NCBI RefSeq assembly: GCF_009914755.1
Contig: NC_060941.1
DNA from: the human T2T-CHM13v2.0 reference genome, Homo sapiens
Strand: one strand, 5' to 3'
DNA: 64,000 nt
This document shows positions 14,515 through 29,168 of this stretch, piece by piece (within the stretch, counting starts at the first letter, position 1; the number at the start of each line of letters is the position of its first letter). The notes under the pieces are model-generated. The model did no database searches and had not been told where the DNA came from. It worked only from the letters and a program-made list of their open reading frames with translations. The translations under genes were made by a program, and so were the position numbers.

Positions 14515-14803
14515 GGCTGGGTACGGTGGTTCACACCTATAGTCTCAGCACTTTGGGAGGCCCAGGTGGGTGGATCACGAGGTCAGGAGTTTGTAGACCA
14601 GCCTGGCCAAGATGGTGAAACCCCATCTCTACTAAAAATACAAAAATTAGTTGGGCGTGGTGGTGCACACCTGTAATCCCAGCTACTCAGGAGGCTGAGG
14701 TGGGAGAATCGCTTGAACCTGGGAGGCGGAAGGTTGCAGTGAGCCATGATCGCACCACTGCACTCTAGCCTGGGTGACAGGCAAGACTTAGTCTCAAAAA
14801 AAA
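14515..14803 (+). mobile_element. Alu (AluS-type), TSD gaaaataatataaga
   Basis: Sense Alu with flanking direct repeat. Confidence 0.93.
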
Positions 14804-14932
14804 GAGAAAATAATATAAGAAAGCATAAGAACCCACATAAAAATAAGCGCAATTTTTGTGTCCAGGTAAAGGGAATGGGGATGCTTTTTTCGTAGACTTC
14901 CCTTCCACACCATATTACATAATTTTCGTTTA

Positions 14933-15245
<313 letters not shown>

Positions 15246-15249
15246 CACG

Positions 15250-15665
15250 GGCTCCAGGGAGCTTTTCTGAATGTGCTGGTCATTACTGCTATTCACCAGG
15301 TACTCCCAGTCTTCCTCCCTCCTGGCTCAGTAGGATTGTACTTCCTTTCTCATGTGTATTTGTGGGGTGTCAGGGAGCAACATATGACCAGCACCGGCCA
15401 ATGAGATCAGAGGGGAGGTGTCCAGGGTGGGGCTGGAAGCGCAGGTACAAGACATGGCAGAGCTGCTGCTCCAGCCTTTGCTGCAGCAAGACTGTGATGG
15501 CAGCTGCTCCATCCCGGTGGGTCCCCGAATGCAACCAGCAGAGGCCTCTCTGACCCTCAACGTACAGGTAGCATAAGCAGGAAGTGAAACGGGTTGTCTT
15601 ATGCTTTGGAGATGGTCTCGGTTGTTTGTTTCCACAGCAGGACCCAGCCTATCCTTACTGATACC
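15250..15665 (+). mobile_element. Old MLT1-type LTR remnant
   Basis: aggattgtacttcct...ggccaatgagat...ttgtttgtttccacagca...cagcctatcct motifs. Confidence 0.55.
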
Positions 15666-15699
15666 GGAAGGCACAGTTAAGATACCAATAGTCTACATC

Positions 15700-16370
<671 letters not shown>

Positions 16371-18024
16371 GTCTCTATCTTTGCAACAGAGGTTATATAT
16401 ATTTTATCACAATTAAAAAAAAAATAGTCTCTATCTTTGCAACAGAGGAAACAGACTAGGAAAAAGGATGCCTTTGATTTGATGGTATTCCAAAGCTGGG
16501 AGGAGGCACTTAACTACTCCTCTTCCCTATACCCAAGAACAGCCCCCTTTTACCTTCTTCAGGTTCATGCCACCTTCAACCAGCAGGAATTTGGGGAAGC
16601 AACACAGAAGCTGCATCGGCCAGCAGCTGGGAAGGAGGGAGGCAGCCTGATTCCCATCAATTCATTAGAGCTGGAAAACCATGCCAGGTCTCTAGCGCAG
16701 AGGCCAGTCGCTCTCTACGGGATGACTTGAAACATCTCAGGCCCCCAGGGCTGCCCCACCCCCTTCATTTTCAGAACTCATCACTGCATATTGTGCAGGC
16801 TGTGAATCAGCCTTCTAAAATTTACCCCAACACCCTTGCCCTCATTAGAGTCTTCTTTACATGCTGGGTGGGGCTGTAGCCGAGTACCCTCTGCCTCACT
16901 TCACCCCTACCAGGAGCAGTGTTGGATGTCACCCTTCACAGTGGGGCAGGCGGAATTGCTCATAATGGCTAAGAGCCCCAGGCTCCAAATTCAGGATGCC
17001 TGGGTTAGCACCTGTGTCCTGAGACTGATTTGCGGAGTGAGCAGTGCCACCCAAGCCGTCTGCACAGCACGTGACATGCAGAGAGAGGCTGAGAAATGAA
17101 CGCCACTGTGGTCACTTTCGCTGCTCCTACCCTCATGCCCACGATGCTCCTGCCTTATTGGGTAACATAGACTCACAGCGGTGAAAAACGTGAGGAGCAG
17201 AGACATGTCCCCTCCCTGACATGTGGTGACAGAGAATCCCTAATCCTTGGGGCCACATCAAGGCTGGAATGCACAGGCTCTGTCACGGGTGTTTGGTCTT
17301 GTGGCTTTGTTACAGCTTGGGCATCTTATTCCACCAGGCAAGCCTAAGAGGCCTCTGAGAATCCTTCCAGCCCTAGACTAAGAATTCACATTGAGTTAAA
17401 CAGCTTTGTTCACTGCAGGACTTCTCAGGGCCTGTACAATTTAAATGTTAAAGCAAATTGCCAGAGAGGGGTAGAGGATGCAAACTTGGACCCAGGAAGA
17501 TGCTGTAGGATTAATGTTCTAAGGAATATTCTTTGGGGAGTGTCAGTATCCAGCCTTCAGTGGGGCCCAGAGAAGACTTGACAGTAAAAGTCCTCCTTTC
17601 ATCTATAGAATCGAATCCCTGATACAGCCATTCACCTTCAGAAATGAGCATACGTGGGGACAGCTCACCTGGCAAAGCTGGTTCCCATGCCAGGAGACAA
17701 TTAAGTAGGTGTGGTAGGCCAGTGCCCTGCACAGAATGTTCCCCAAACGATTCCTGGCCTTCCACATTTGAAGGTGGGGTGGCTGCAGCTGCATTGACCT
17801 AATCGTCTTCAAATGAGGAGAAGCTTCTCACTACCCTACTCAAGACAGATTTCTGGGGAAGCTCCACCTGTGTTCCTTAGAGAACGTTTCTCTTAGGCCT
17901 TTGGTTTGCATTGTCTGTGACTTGGCCCCTGCAGCGTTCCTGCAGCTAAGATTCAAGCACCTCCAGAGAGGCTGATTGAATCTTGCTGGCGCCTTTGTCA
18001 CTGCCCAACAAGGTGCACCCCATT

Positions 18025-18185
18025 TAGCCCGCTTCGGGGGCATGCAGCCTACACGGTCGCACAGGGCCCAAGCCCACAAGAGCTCTGTGCATTTGGTTTG
18101 GTGCTCCGCTGTCGCATCTGGAAATTCTTAATAATTTTTCAATGAGGGACTCCCGTTTTCATTTTGCACTGAGACTTGGAAAGTA
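18025..18185 (+). mobile_element. MER45A-like hAT-Tip100 MITE
   Basis: ggtcgcacagggccc...gaaattcttaataattttt...ttttcattttgcactg resembles MER45A. Confidence 0.6.
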
Positions 18186-18374
18186 TGTGTCTGGCCCTGA
18201 CCACAGGCCCTCTTGGGCCATGTGGTGAGGTGCCAGTCAGTGACCTGGAAGCAGAGCCTCTGCCCCGCTCCCTGCCAGGGCACATTTACATTGCAGAGAG
18301 GGTCACACAGCCAGTTCAGGAGCCTTGAGCCCCTGCAGGGTGCAGGCCACGCCCTCAGCAGAAACCACACCATG

Positions 18375-18681
<307 letters not shown>

Positions 18682-19785
18682 TAGTTATGAAAATCTCCTT
18701 CGCCAAAACTCAGCCAGGTTTATGGATCACTGATTAGGGAAAATGAGAAATGTTATGGGTATCATAAAATAGATGTCCAGAAGAAGCAGGCTGCGTGCTG
18801 TTAGGCAGGGAAGATACGGTGGGGTGGACACAAGGATGACCTGCACTGTAGCTCCGTCACAGCTCTCCCCCACCACTGCCTGCCTGCCCTGCCCTCTACA
18901 GATGAAAGCCACACGTCCCCCTGATGGCACAGGTAGCTGTCCCTGCTGACACAGGTGGCCGTCGGCAGCCTGCACCCCCTGGTGGGTGCCCCCCCAAGCT
19001 GCCCTGGGGGCCTCTCAGGCTCCATGTTGCTCCTGCTGGTGGAAGTTGCTGTGGCCAGCTGCCCCTGCCCTGTTCTGAGTCCCTCACAGGCAGGCTCATT
19101 TTAGCTCTCTTCACCCACCTGCAGCTTCCACCAAATTGAACCTTCCTTACACCAAGCACTTACAACAGAAAAAGAGGCCTATTTATTTGTATTTCCAGAC
19201 CAAAAAATGTTGAGTGGTACCAGACACCCAGGCCTCTCTCTGTCCTCCCACTGGGGCTCTCTGTAGACTTGGCATCTTTCCCTCAGGGCACGTGGCTCCT
19301 GTCCAGGACTGGGCAGGGGACTGAGGTCAGGTCTCGGGTGTTGGATGAACAGGTTGAGGTGATTTGTGGGTGGTGGTTGAGGGGAGGGACCTACTTGGCT
19401 CAACGGCTGCCTCTGACTTGGGAGAAAATGTTTGATAAGAAGGGCATCCTTCTGACTACTGCGAAGTTACCTGTGATCGAGGATTCAGTTCAAAATTAAG
19501 CCAAACACCATCACTGTGTGACCTGCCCGTGTCAGCCAAAGTGACTGACTCCTCTTTCCCACGAGAAAGGAACATCTCAAGATTAAACAAGAGGATTCTG
19601 TACAAGCGCTGGTCCTTGCTCTGCCTTTCTGACGCTAAGCTCAAGGTTACGCAGCCAAAGGGGGAGCATTACGGAATTTCCCATGAACGCTTTCCTCCTG
19701 TGCCATCCCGCCAGAGTGACCGGGAAGTGATGGATCCCTCAGGACTACAGACATGCTGGAGGAAAAAGTTCAAAGGGCATTGTGA

Positions 19786-20249
<464 letters not shown>

Positions 20250-20955
20250 TGGAGAACTGTGTTTTAAAGAACGAAGTCATTTGCCTGTGGACACCCAGCT
20301 GGGAAGTTAGTAGAGCTAGAATTCTGGTCCAGATCCACCTGACTCTAAAGCCACAAGGTCCCACGGGGCCACCGTGCCTTCCTCTCTCAGCCTGGTAACT
20401 GTAAACCCAGTCAAAGCGGATGAGGGAGGAGTCCAATGGAAGCTAAGGTCCCATCACTGCTGCTGTGCAGCTGGAAGGCCCTCCCTCAGAGCAGCTGCTT
20501 GTTGGGTCAGAGGCCCAGTGTGAATTACTGGGAACATCCTCTTAGGCCACGTTCTCAAGTCCCCTTCACCCCAAATGAAAGTGTTGGCATTTTCTACCGG
20601 CCACCCCCACCTTCTGACCACAAAGCCATCTGTAACCTAACTTGATCGTAATTAGATTTTTAGCACATAATTACAAGATTAATGGATTAATCATAATTTA
20701 TTTGCAAATCATTAAAAACATTACTCAAAAACACTTTCCCTAAAGATTGTTTGGGTTGCCCAGGGCAAGATAATTAACGAGACAGAGGGGAAAAAATGAA
20801 AAACACACAACCGTCAATCTCATTAAAGATGATCAAATAAACCGTCAAGTTAGCTGAGCAAACTGTGCAGCCTGTGGTGGGGCTGAGAAACCTGGTCTGT
20901 TCCTTGGTGCTGAATTGGCTCTTCAGGCACCATGTGAATGAATTACTCTGCCTAA

Positions 20956-21120
<165 letters not shown>

Positions 21121-21193
21121 TGATCATGGACCAAGAGCTTTGGTAGGAGAAATACTTTCCCCACACTTCTAAGAGAGATGGCAGAAACACCAC

Positions 21194-21290
21194 AAACCCA
21201 CACCACTGCATTTTGGCCATCGAGGGTTGGGGCTTGGTGTCATGCCCCAAGATAACCAGCACCCCAACTTTGGACAGCATGGATTAGTCT
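21194..21290 (+). ncRNA. MIR634: miR-634 precursor in intron 15; mature AACCAGCACCCCAACTTTGGAC at 21254-21275
   Basis: Sequence matches my recollection of the hsa-mir-634 stem-loop; 5' arm gggttggggcttggt pairs with accagcaccccaac. Confidence 0.88.
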
Positions 21291-21669
21291 TGGCCTGTTT
21301 TGAACTCTGCACAAACCGAACCTTGTAGTGTTGCTCCTGGCCTGGCTGCTTTCACTCAATATGGTGATTGAGGATTTAGTTCCTCCTTTCATATTGCTAT
21401 GCAGTGTTCCACTGTGTGAACACACCATCGTTTCCTTATCCATTCTACTGGGCAGGGCACAGTGGCGAAAGTGAAGGCCAAGAGAATGGATTGGAATCCC
21501 AATACTTCCTGGGACTCTGGCCCAGTCACCTAATGACTGTACTGCACTTTTCATTCTAATCCATTTCATAAAATTGTGGTGGGGACTACCAGATGTCATC
21601 AGAGTCCCTTAGAAAGTATGTGCTCTCGTCTCCTGTCTTACTTGGTGTGACTTAGTTCTTTCTTTGCTA

Positions 21670-22210
21670 CACTTTTCTTGAGCTATAGCATACATACAGC
21701 AATTGGCACAAATCATCAATATGCTGATAAATGAATCTTCACAAAATGAATCCACCCATGTAATTGCACCCAGCTCAAGAAACCATGTTTCCACCACCCT
21801 GGAAGCCCTCTCCTGTCCCATCTACAGTCACTACCCCGCCCCAAGATAACCTGCCCCCCAACTTTGGACAGCATGGATTAGTCTTGCCTGTTTTGAACTC
21901 TGCACAAACTGAACCTTACAGTGTTGCTCCTGGCCTGGCTGCTTTCACTCAATATTGTGATTGAGGATTTTGTCTGCATTGCTGTGTGGGGCCATAGTTC
22001 CTCCTGTCATATTGCTGTGCAGTGTTCCACTGTGTGAACACACCATCGTTTCCTTATCCATTCTACTTCTGGTGGCTATTTGGATTGTTCCTGCTTTGGT
22101 TTGAGGCTGTTACAAACAGAACTGCTGTGAACCTTCTGGGGCATGTGTTTTGGTGAAGATATGCACACACTTTGGTTGAGGAAATGCTCTAGGAATAGAG
22201 TTGCTGGTCA
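21670..22210 (-). mobile_element. Ancient L1M (L1MB/ME-type) 3' fragment; part of it duplicated at 21244-21449
   Basis: tgcctgttttgaact, ctttcactcaatat, ttatccattctact and tatttggattgttcc motifs typical of antisense L1M 3' regions. Confidence 0.7.
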
Positions 22211-22960
22211 TGACTTGTCTAGTTTTGAATGGTCAAGAGTTAGATCACAAAGCTATTTTCAGGCTTAGTAAGATGGAGTACAATATACCCTTAACAGTAT
22301 CTGGTGAGTGTGATCATTTGTGAGGCATTTGTCACGTGTCATCCAAGAGCAAGGCACTTGGAAGAGATACTGAGATCGGGAGGAACTGGCTTCTGCCTTC
22401 AGAGAGTTCATAGACAGTGTTTGTCTCTGTGTCCTGCAGTGGGCAAGTCGGAATTAACTAGTCGCCTTCCTTGTTATAGCATTTATTTTTCTAATCTATG
22501 AGTCTTTGATTGATAACATTTTGGCCCAGACAATACGTAGACATATGATGCTTATTATGGCATCCTCTGTGATGCTAGACTGTGATGCTTTCAGCACACA
22601 CAATTTTTAGTGATTGCATGCTTTTTTTTTTATTACTAGATACATGTATAGCATGGTGTCTCCAAAACAGACAACGTGTGAGATGTCTGTTTAAATTCTT
22701 CTTCCATTTGGCCATGGGTTCAGATTGCTTCCTTGTTCCCTTGTCTTGAAAACCACCATAGGAAGGGCTATTCTTGCCAATGTCATTTTTGTGAGTTGGC
22801 TTCACTTCGTACAAGCCACTGAGTGTCTTGGTCAGCTCTCTGAGATGCTGTCCAGGCGTCCACAAAGTCAGGGCTGTAGGCAGAGCTAGGCAAATGGAAG
22901 GTGCTGTCTGTGGGAAGCCCTTGACATCCATTGTTCTCCTTTTCTCCTTTTCCTTTCTAG

Positions 22961-23101
22961 CTGATGACCAAACACCCAGCCAAGCGGCTGGGCTGTGGGC
23001 CTGAGGGGGAGAGGGACGTGAGAGAGCATGCCTTCTTCCGGAGGATCGACTGGGAAAAACTGGAGAACAGGGAGATCCAGCCACCATTCAAGCCCAAAGT
23101 G
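22961..23101 (+). CDS. PRKCA: PKC-alpha coding exon (exon 16; aa 572-618, [47 protein letters not shown])
   Basis: Long pyrimidine tract plus ttctag|CTG acceptor, GTG|gtgagt donor; 141 nt; overlaps ORF 22964..23218; contains the AGC C-tail PPFKP motif. Confidence 0.97.
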
Positions 23102-25113
23102 GTGAGTCCAGAAAAGCAGCCTGTTTTCGGAACCCCATGTCCCCAAATTCTGGGAGTATCCCACTCACCTCTTTTCTTGGAGAGAGGAGGCCGGTGGCCC
23201 CTGGCTTGTACAGGGTGAGGAAACGGGCCAGGTTTCAGCCTTGTCCTCAGTCCTGTGGCCTCAGCAGCCGGGATTCCTGCTGCCTTCAGAGAGTAAGGAC
23301 CGATAAGGCAGGGAGGGGAACCCTGTGCACACTTCATCCTCCAGCTGGACAGCTGCAGAGCACCCCCGCACGACTAGGGAGTGAGGGCAGCTGTGCTTTA
23401 GGTCTGGACTTTGTGGACTCGCACCCAGCAGGGCCGTATTCACAGCCTTCAGTCCTCAGCAGGACTCAGGCTTCGTGTCTGTCTCTGGTTTTCCTGGGTT
23501 TGCCTGGCACCGAAGGGAGCTCTGAAGCACAACCCCGTCCTAGCCAGCAACTAGGCAGGGCCTGGGCCCCGCCCCCTCTTCCACCACTGCCTCCACTGCG
23601 GGGAGTGAGTGTCAGCCACCAATTCTAATGTTGTCAGCTTTTTTCACACTCTCCCTGTTTGATTCCCATTTTTTTCATTTATTTAAACACTGTATGCCAG
23701 GCCCTGTTCTGAGTGCCTTACGAATATTAATTCACTCAATCATCCCAGCAGCCCTGTGAGATGGGTACTATGGTCCCCAGTTTGCAGTGGAGGAAACAGT
23801 CACAGAGAGGCTGAGTAACTTGCCAGAAGACACACAGCTGATAGATGGTGAAACCAGGACGAGTCTTTGTCCTCACCTACTGCACCATCGCTCCATCTCA
23901 GCAACTGCCCTGACGCTGATGCTGTGGGCCCTAATTGTTGATTGCGGCCAGCAAGTGCCTTTCATGTTTATATCTCTAGAGGTAAACTGAGAGCCTTTAA
24001 GAAGTCAGCCTGCTCACTCACCACCTGCCACTTTGCAGAGCCTCCAAGGGCGTCCTGTTTCTAAGGGCCGGGCGGACTGTGCCTTCCAGCTCTGCCACCA
24101 TCTTGGCCAGCATCAGGCAGCTCCCCATTGTGCCTCTGCCCGGGGACTGCAGAGAGCTGCTTTATGCCACAGTCAGTTTCAGAAGCATCGCCCTGTTGGT
24201 TTCGCTCAAATGTGTCTCCTCTGACAGGTGCCCCATGAGCAGGCCAGGGGACCCACCTGGGGTGGCACAGTTGCCAACTGGGTGGCACACAGCCTTATTC
24301 TTAGAGCAGCAACTTCCTCACCATGTGTGCCTCTGTGTCCTCTACCCCAAGAATAAAACTGCTGTTGGTGAGCCCACTGGATTTTATTTTTCGAAGATAT
24401 TTTTAGCACACACTGAAGAAAAACTAAAATTAATCAGGTCAGTTGACTTCCTCCTGAATCATCGTTTCAAATAAGGCCCTTTTGTATCTGACACCCCCGC
24501 CTTTTCTTTAGTCAGCCCTGCACACTGATTTCAGGGGGGTCTCACGGGCTCCTGCCCCTCAACATACAAAACCCGGTCTGGAGGTTTTTGGGGGTGGGGA
24601 GAGTGATTAATGGTGCTGCAAGTGGTCTCAGTAGAAAATTCTGTTAGGGATTATTTTTTTTTCCTCTTCTGCCTTTAATATTTATTTGTTGTCTTAAAAT
24701 ATGAAGGTTATGCAACAGCATCTTGAACACAGCTTAGTTTCTTTATAGGAACAACGTAGAGATGCGTACTGACCCCGCCTTGAGGGTTGGGCAAAATCCA
24801 ATTACCTGTCAGTCACTTTCCAGAAAGCGATGAGTTGCAGCAAAACCAACCATAAAACATGTCTTTTTCTATTTATTGCCACGTTATGGCAGAAGAGAGT
24901 GTTTATTTGCATAGTCTCCCACATTTTGTGGATACTCGGCCCTAAGCTCGGATATAGGGAAGACAACAGGGCGACTTGGCTCCGCAGGCAAGAATGTGAA
25001 CTGTTCTCTGTGGTCCACGGAAATCACAGGAAGCAAAATTGTACCCATGGCAGGCAGCTGAGTTAGGAGCAGTGTTTATTTATATTTTATTCCTGGAGCG
25101 CTACTGTTTGCTG

Positions 25114-25275
25114 GTTTTTTTTTTTTTTAAATTATTATACTTTAAGTTGTAGGGTACATGTGCACAATGTGCAGGTTTGTTACATATGTATACATGTGCC
25201 ATGTCGGTGTGCTGCACCCATTAACTCGTCATTTAGCATTAGGTATATCTCCTAATGCTGTCCCTCCCCCCTCCC
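25114..25275 (-). mobile_element. Very short L1PA 3' end
   Basis: ttattatactttaagttgtagggtacatgtgcacaatgtgcagg...gcattaggtatatctcctaatgc. Confidence 0.9.
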
Positions 25276-27396
25276 TTTTGTTTGTTTTTTAACTGAATGC
25301 TCGTTAAAATTAAGAAGGAAGGATAAATTGCCCCTGGCTGTGAAGAAATAGCCCCTGAACTCACAAACGGAGGCAGAAATTGTCGACCCAGGCCCTAAAA
25401 CTGGAGGTTTCATGCAAAAGGCCCCGCTTGGTAAAAGCTCTGGCCAGAAGGAAGGAAGAGATTTCTCAGGCAGAAGCCCGTGTTCTGCTGGAAAACCTGT
25501 GCACAAAAGAGGAAGGAGCTAGAAAGAATACAGACAGACAGGAAATGGACCCACAGAGGGAACAACGACAGTGAAGATAGAAGCACGTGGCTGCAGGGAG
25601 ACCCGTAGACGCTGTGTTCAAAAGCGGAGAGCGTCAAGGGCAGAGAGATAAATGGGGCAAGCTCTGGTTCCTGGAAGGGCAGCGATGTGCCTCTTGAGAG
25701 CTGTTTCCTGTAGTCCTTGCCCCGTGCCAGGCAGCCGAGTGAGGCTCATCGCAGCATGTCATGCAAGGGCTGGCACCACCGCCTTCAGCGGTCTCTGAGG
25801 ACTGCACTCTGTTCAGTGGTGACACGCTGGGGCAGAGACACCACGCCAAGAGCCATTCCAGTGGCTGGAGAGGACATTTAGAACAGCAAAAAGCAACCAA
25901 AGTCGAAGCTGCACAATACGCTCTGGTTAATACAAACAGCAGGAGAGAACTAGCGGCGTAGAAAAGTTATTCTGGGATGTGGTGTTCCAGCTTCCTTGGT
26001 GAAAAATGTACTGTAGTTTCCTGATCCAGAGCTAACTGAAAAGTGAAATGTGTTTACAGAGCTGAGCATTCTCTAACGGGTCATTTTGTTATTTCAAAGA
26101 GAGATGTAGCAATGCCAGCCTAAATAGTGCTGCTGGAGAAACGATCAGGCAAATGTCACACAGCTAGCGACTCTCACCGTGAGCCCATTTCTGAGTGGCT
26201 CTCGCCTCTCAGCAGTTCTTATAATCCTGGCTCACCAACCTTTTCTGTCTTGGTGAAGTCTGCCTGATGGTTTTTTAGCAAGCGCTGGTGAGTCAGTTTC
26301 CCTGAGACTTGCAGGCTTAAGGACAGGTAGCTGTTCTCACGTGCGGTGATGCTCCTGGCTCCCATGGAATTAAACCTTTGCTTACTACCAAATACCAGTA
26401 GCGGGACTTCAGGTTCTCACAGTTATTTGCAAACTGCTTCTACAGATCAGATTGAGCTTGTAGGATCAGGAGTCTATCATCTTTGTTTTATTAATTTTTA
26501 AATTTTTTGAACCTCCAATGAAAGAGTCTTCCAGAATCACTGACTTCCCTAAGGAGGGTAGAAGCATTCCACTGCTGGACAGCCACAGAGCTTATCAGGG
26601 AATCATGGTTCCTCTAGTGTGCTGTCTTAATCCCTCTTCCTGACTGCCAGAGTGACTTGACTGAAGTTAACCTTTAGACCGCAGTGCCATGCAAAATGCG
26701 ATCCCAGCGCAAAAAGCATCTCACAATGCCGTGATCCATCAGGAGGTTAGCACGGGACTTTCCATCTCACGGCGACATTAAGATCAAGATCTGCAGTACA
26801 GCTGTGGGCTGGATTCTGTATAAGGTCACACGTAAAGGAGAACAGAAAGAGGAGAGTGACCAGCATCGAGTGTGTGGGACAGTGGCCATCTCCCTTAGCA
26901 GTGGCCACCTTCCCTGGCAGTGGCCATCTCCCCTGGTGGTGGCAGGGTCCCATGGCGGTGGTCATCTCTCCTGGCAGTGGCAAGCCTGGAGGCTGAGATG
27001 TGAGGGAAGAACCTGCCCCTGTGGCAGTCAACAGTGGGAGAGTCCTGTCCTGGACAGAGCCATGTCTGTCCCTAAAAAGCTACCATGTGCCACCGTGAAG
27101 ATGATGATTTTCTGGAAGATGGGACAATCACTTCTCAGGGATCATTTTGTAAAAACAAAAGCAAAGACAACCACAGACAGCAGTGCTGTGAGCCCTGGAC
27201 ACAGGCAGCCAACAACTAGCTCTTCCTCTTTATGAGCAAAACACAAAACGAGCTGGTTTCGGGGATCTCTTCAAGGAAGCACAATGTGAAGCATCCTCTG
27301 CTCCCCGGACATGAGGACGGTCAGCTCATTGAGGACCGTCAGCTCAGTGAGGACCGTCAGCTCAGTGAGGGCCATCAGTTCAGCCTGATGTTCTCA

Positions 27397-27740
<344 letters not shown>

Positions 27741-28651
27741 CCGGAATGTTCAGAAGAGTCTAGGTAAGGAGAAATTTTAAGTTTAAAACAGATGTCGCCT
27801 CTGGAAAGGGTAATCTTCAGTGACTGAAGGAGCAGTGGATGTCCACCCTACCTCCCAGCGTCAGGTGAGCGTGGAGGCACTGTGGGGAGGAGGGTACAGC
27901 CAGCAGCTTGGCCCAGCAACCAGAAGGCTCACCGAGGGAAGGAAAGCACTTTCGGCTTTGCCAGAAAAATAAAAGCTCCAGGATTCTGATCCACCGTCAC
28001 TTTGAATTTTGTAGCTTTTTATTCTGATTTAGAATTAATGTGAATGAAATGGCCAAGAACAGCCTTCAAATTTCCACTCATCCTGCTTGTAATCAGTAGC
28101 AGTTTATACAAATACCAGGAGCATAAGGTTAATTGATTTTTCTTTTTTTAGTTCTAGCCGTTGGCACCAAGGAGCAGAATAGCTAGTTCATAGGCAAGCC
28201 AGAATCATTCACTGTACTTAAATGGTTATTAGAGAGGGAGAAATTAATCTATAATGTTAACACAAGAAATGTATTCCAGAGTGGTTAGGCAGAGCACATT
28301 GGAAATAGACCTTTCACAGATGGCCATTTTTTTTGTGAAATTACTTTAAGTATTCTGTTTTTTAAAAGGCAGAAAAATAGAACTTTCTTCAGGACATTGT
28401 CTCCAATGACCCACAGCAAGAGCCAAAGAGAATAAGAACATTGAGGACATCCCTGTAGTGAGAACACACAATCGGGGTTCCTTTTCCCAGTCACCACAAA
28501 GTCCTTCATTTCCCAGTGCCATTAGCTTGTTTAGAGAGCTTGATGATCATTTAATTATCGAAGCTGGTGCAAGGATCCTTTTTTTTTTTTAATTTTATTT
28601 TGAAATAATTTCCAATTTCAGACTTGTGGAAGGGCCAGGAAAGTAATTTAA

Positions 28652-29028
<377 letters not shown>

Positions 29029-29090
29029 GACCTCGGTATCATTCTTTTTCTATATCTCTGTCTGTGTGTAGGTACAGACATACACATCTG

Positions 29091-29168
29091 TTAGGTTGGA
29101 GCAAAAGTAATTGCGGTTTTTGCCGTTACTTTTCATTTTTTTTGCCATTACTTTTGCACCAACCTTAA
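29091..29168. mobile_element. MADE1 mariner MITE, rearranged
   Basis: ttaggttggagcaaaagtaattgcgg ... attacttttgcaccaacct terminal inverted repeats. Confidence 0.88.

Noticed and set aside
26880-27383. Short tandem arrays as CRISPR-like repeats
   Set aside because: No unique spacers, no cas genes, and a mammalian intron context; they are ordinary minisatellites.
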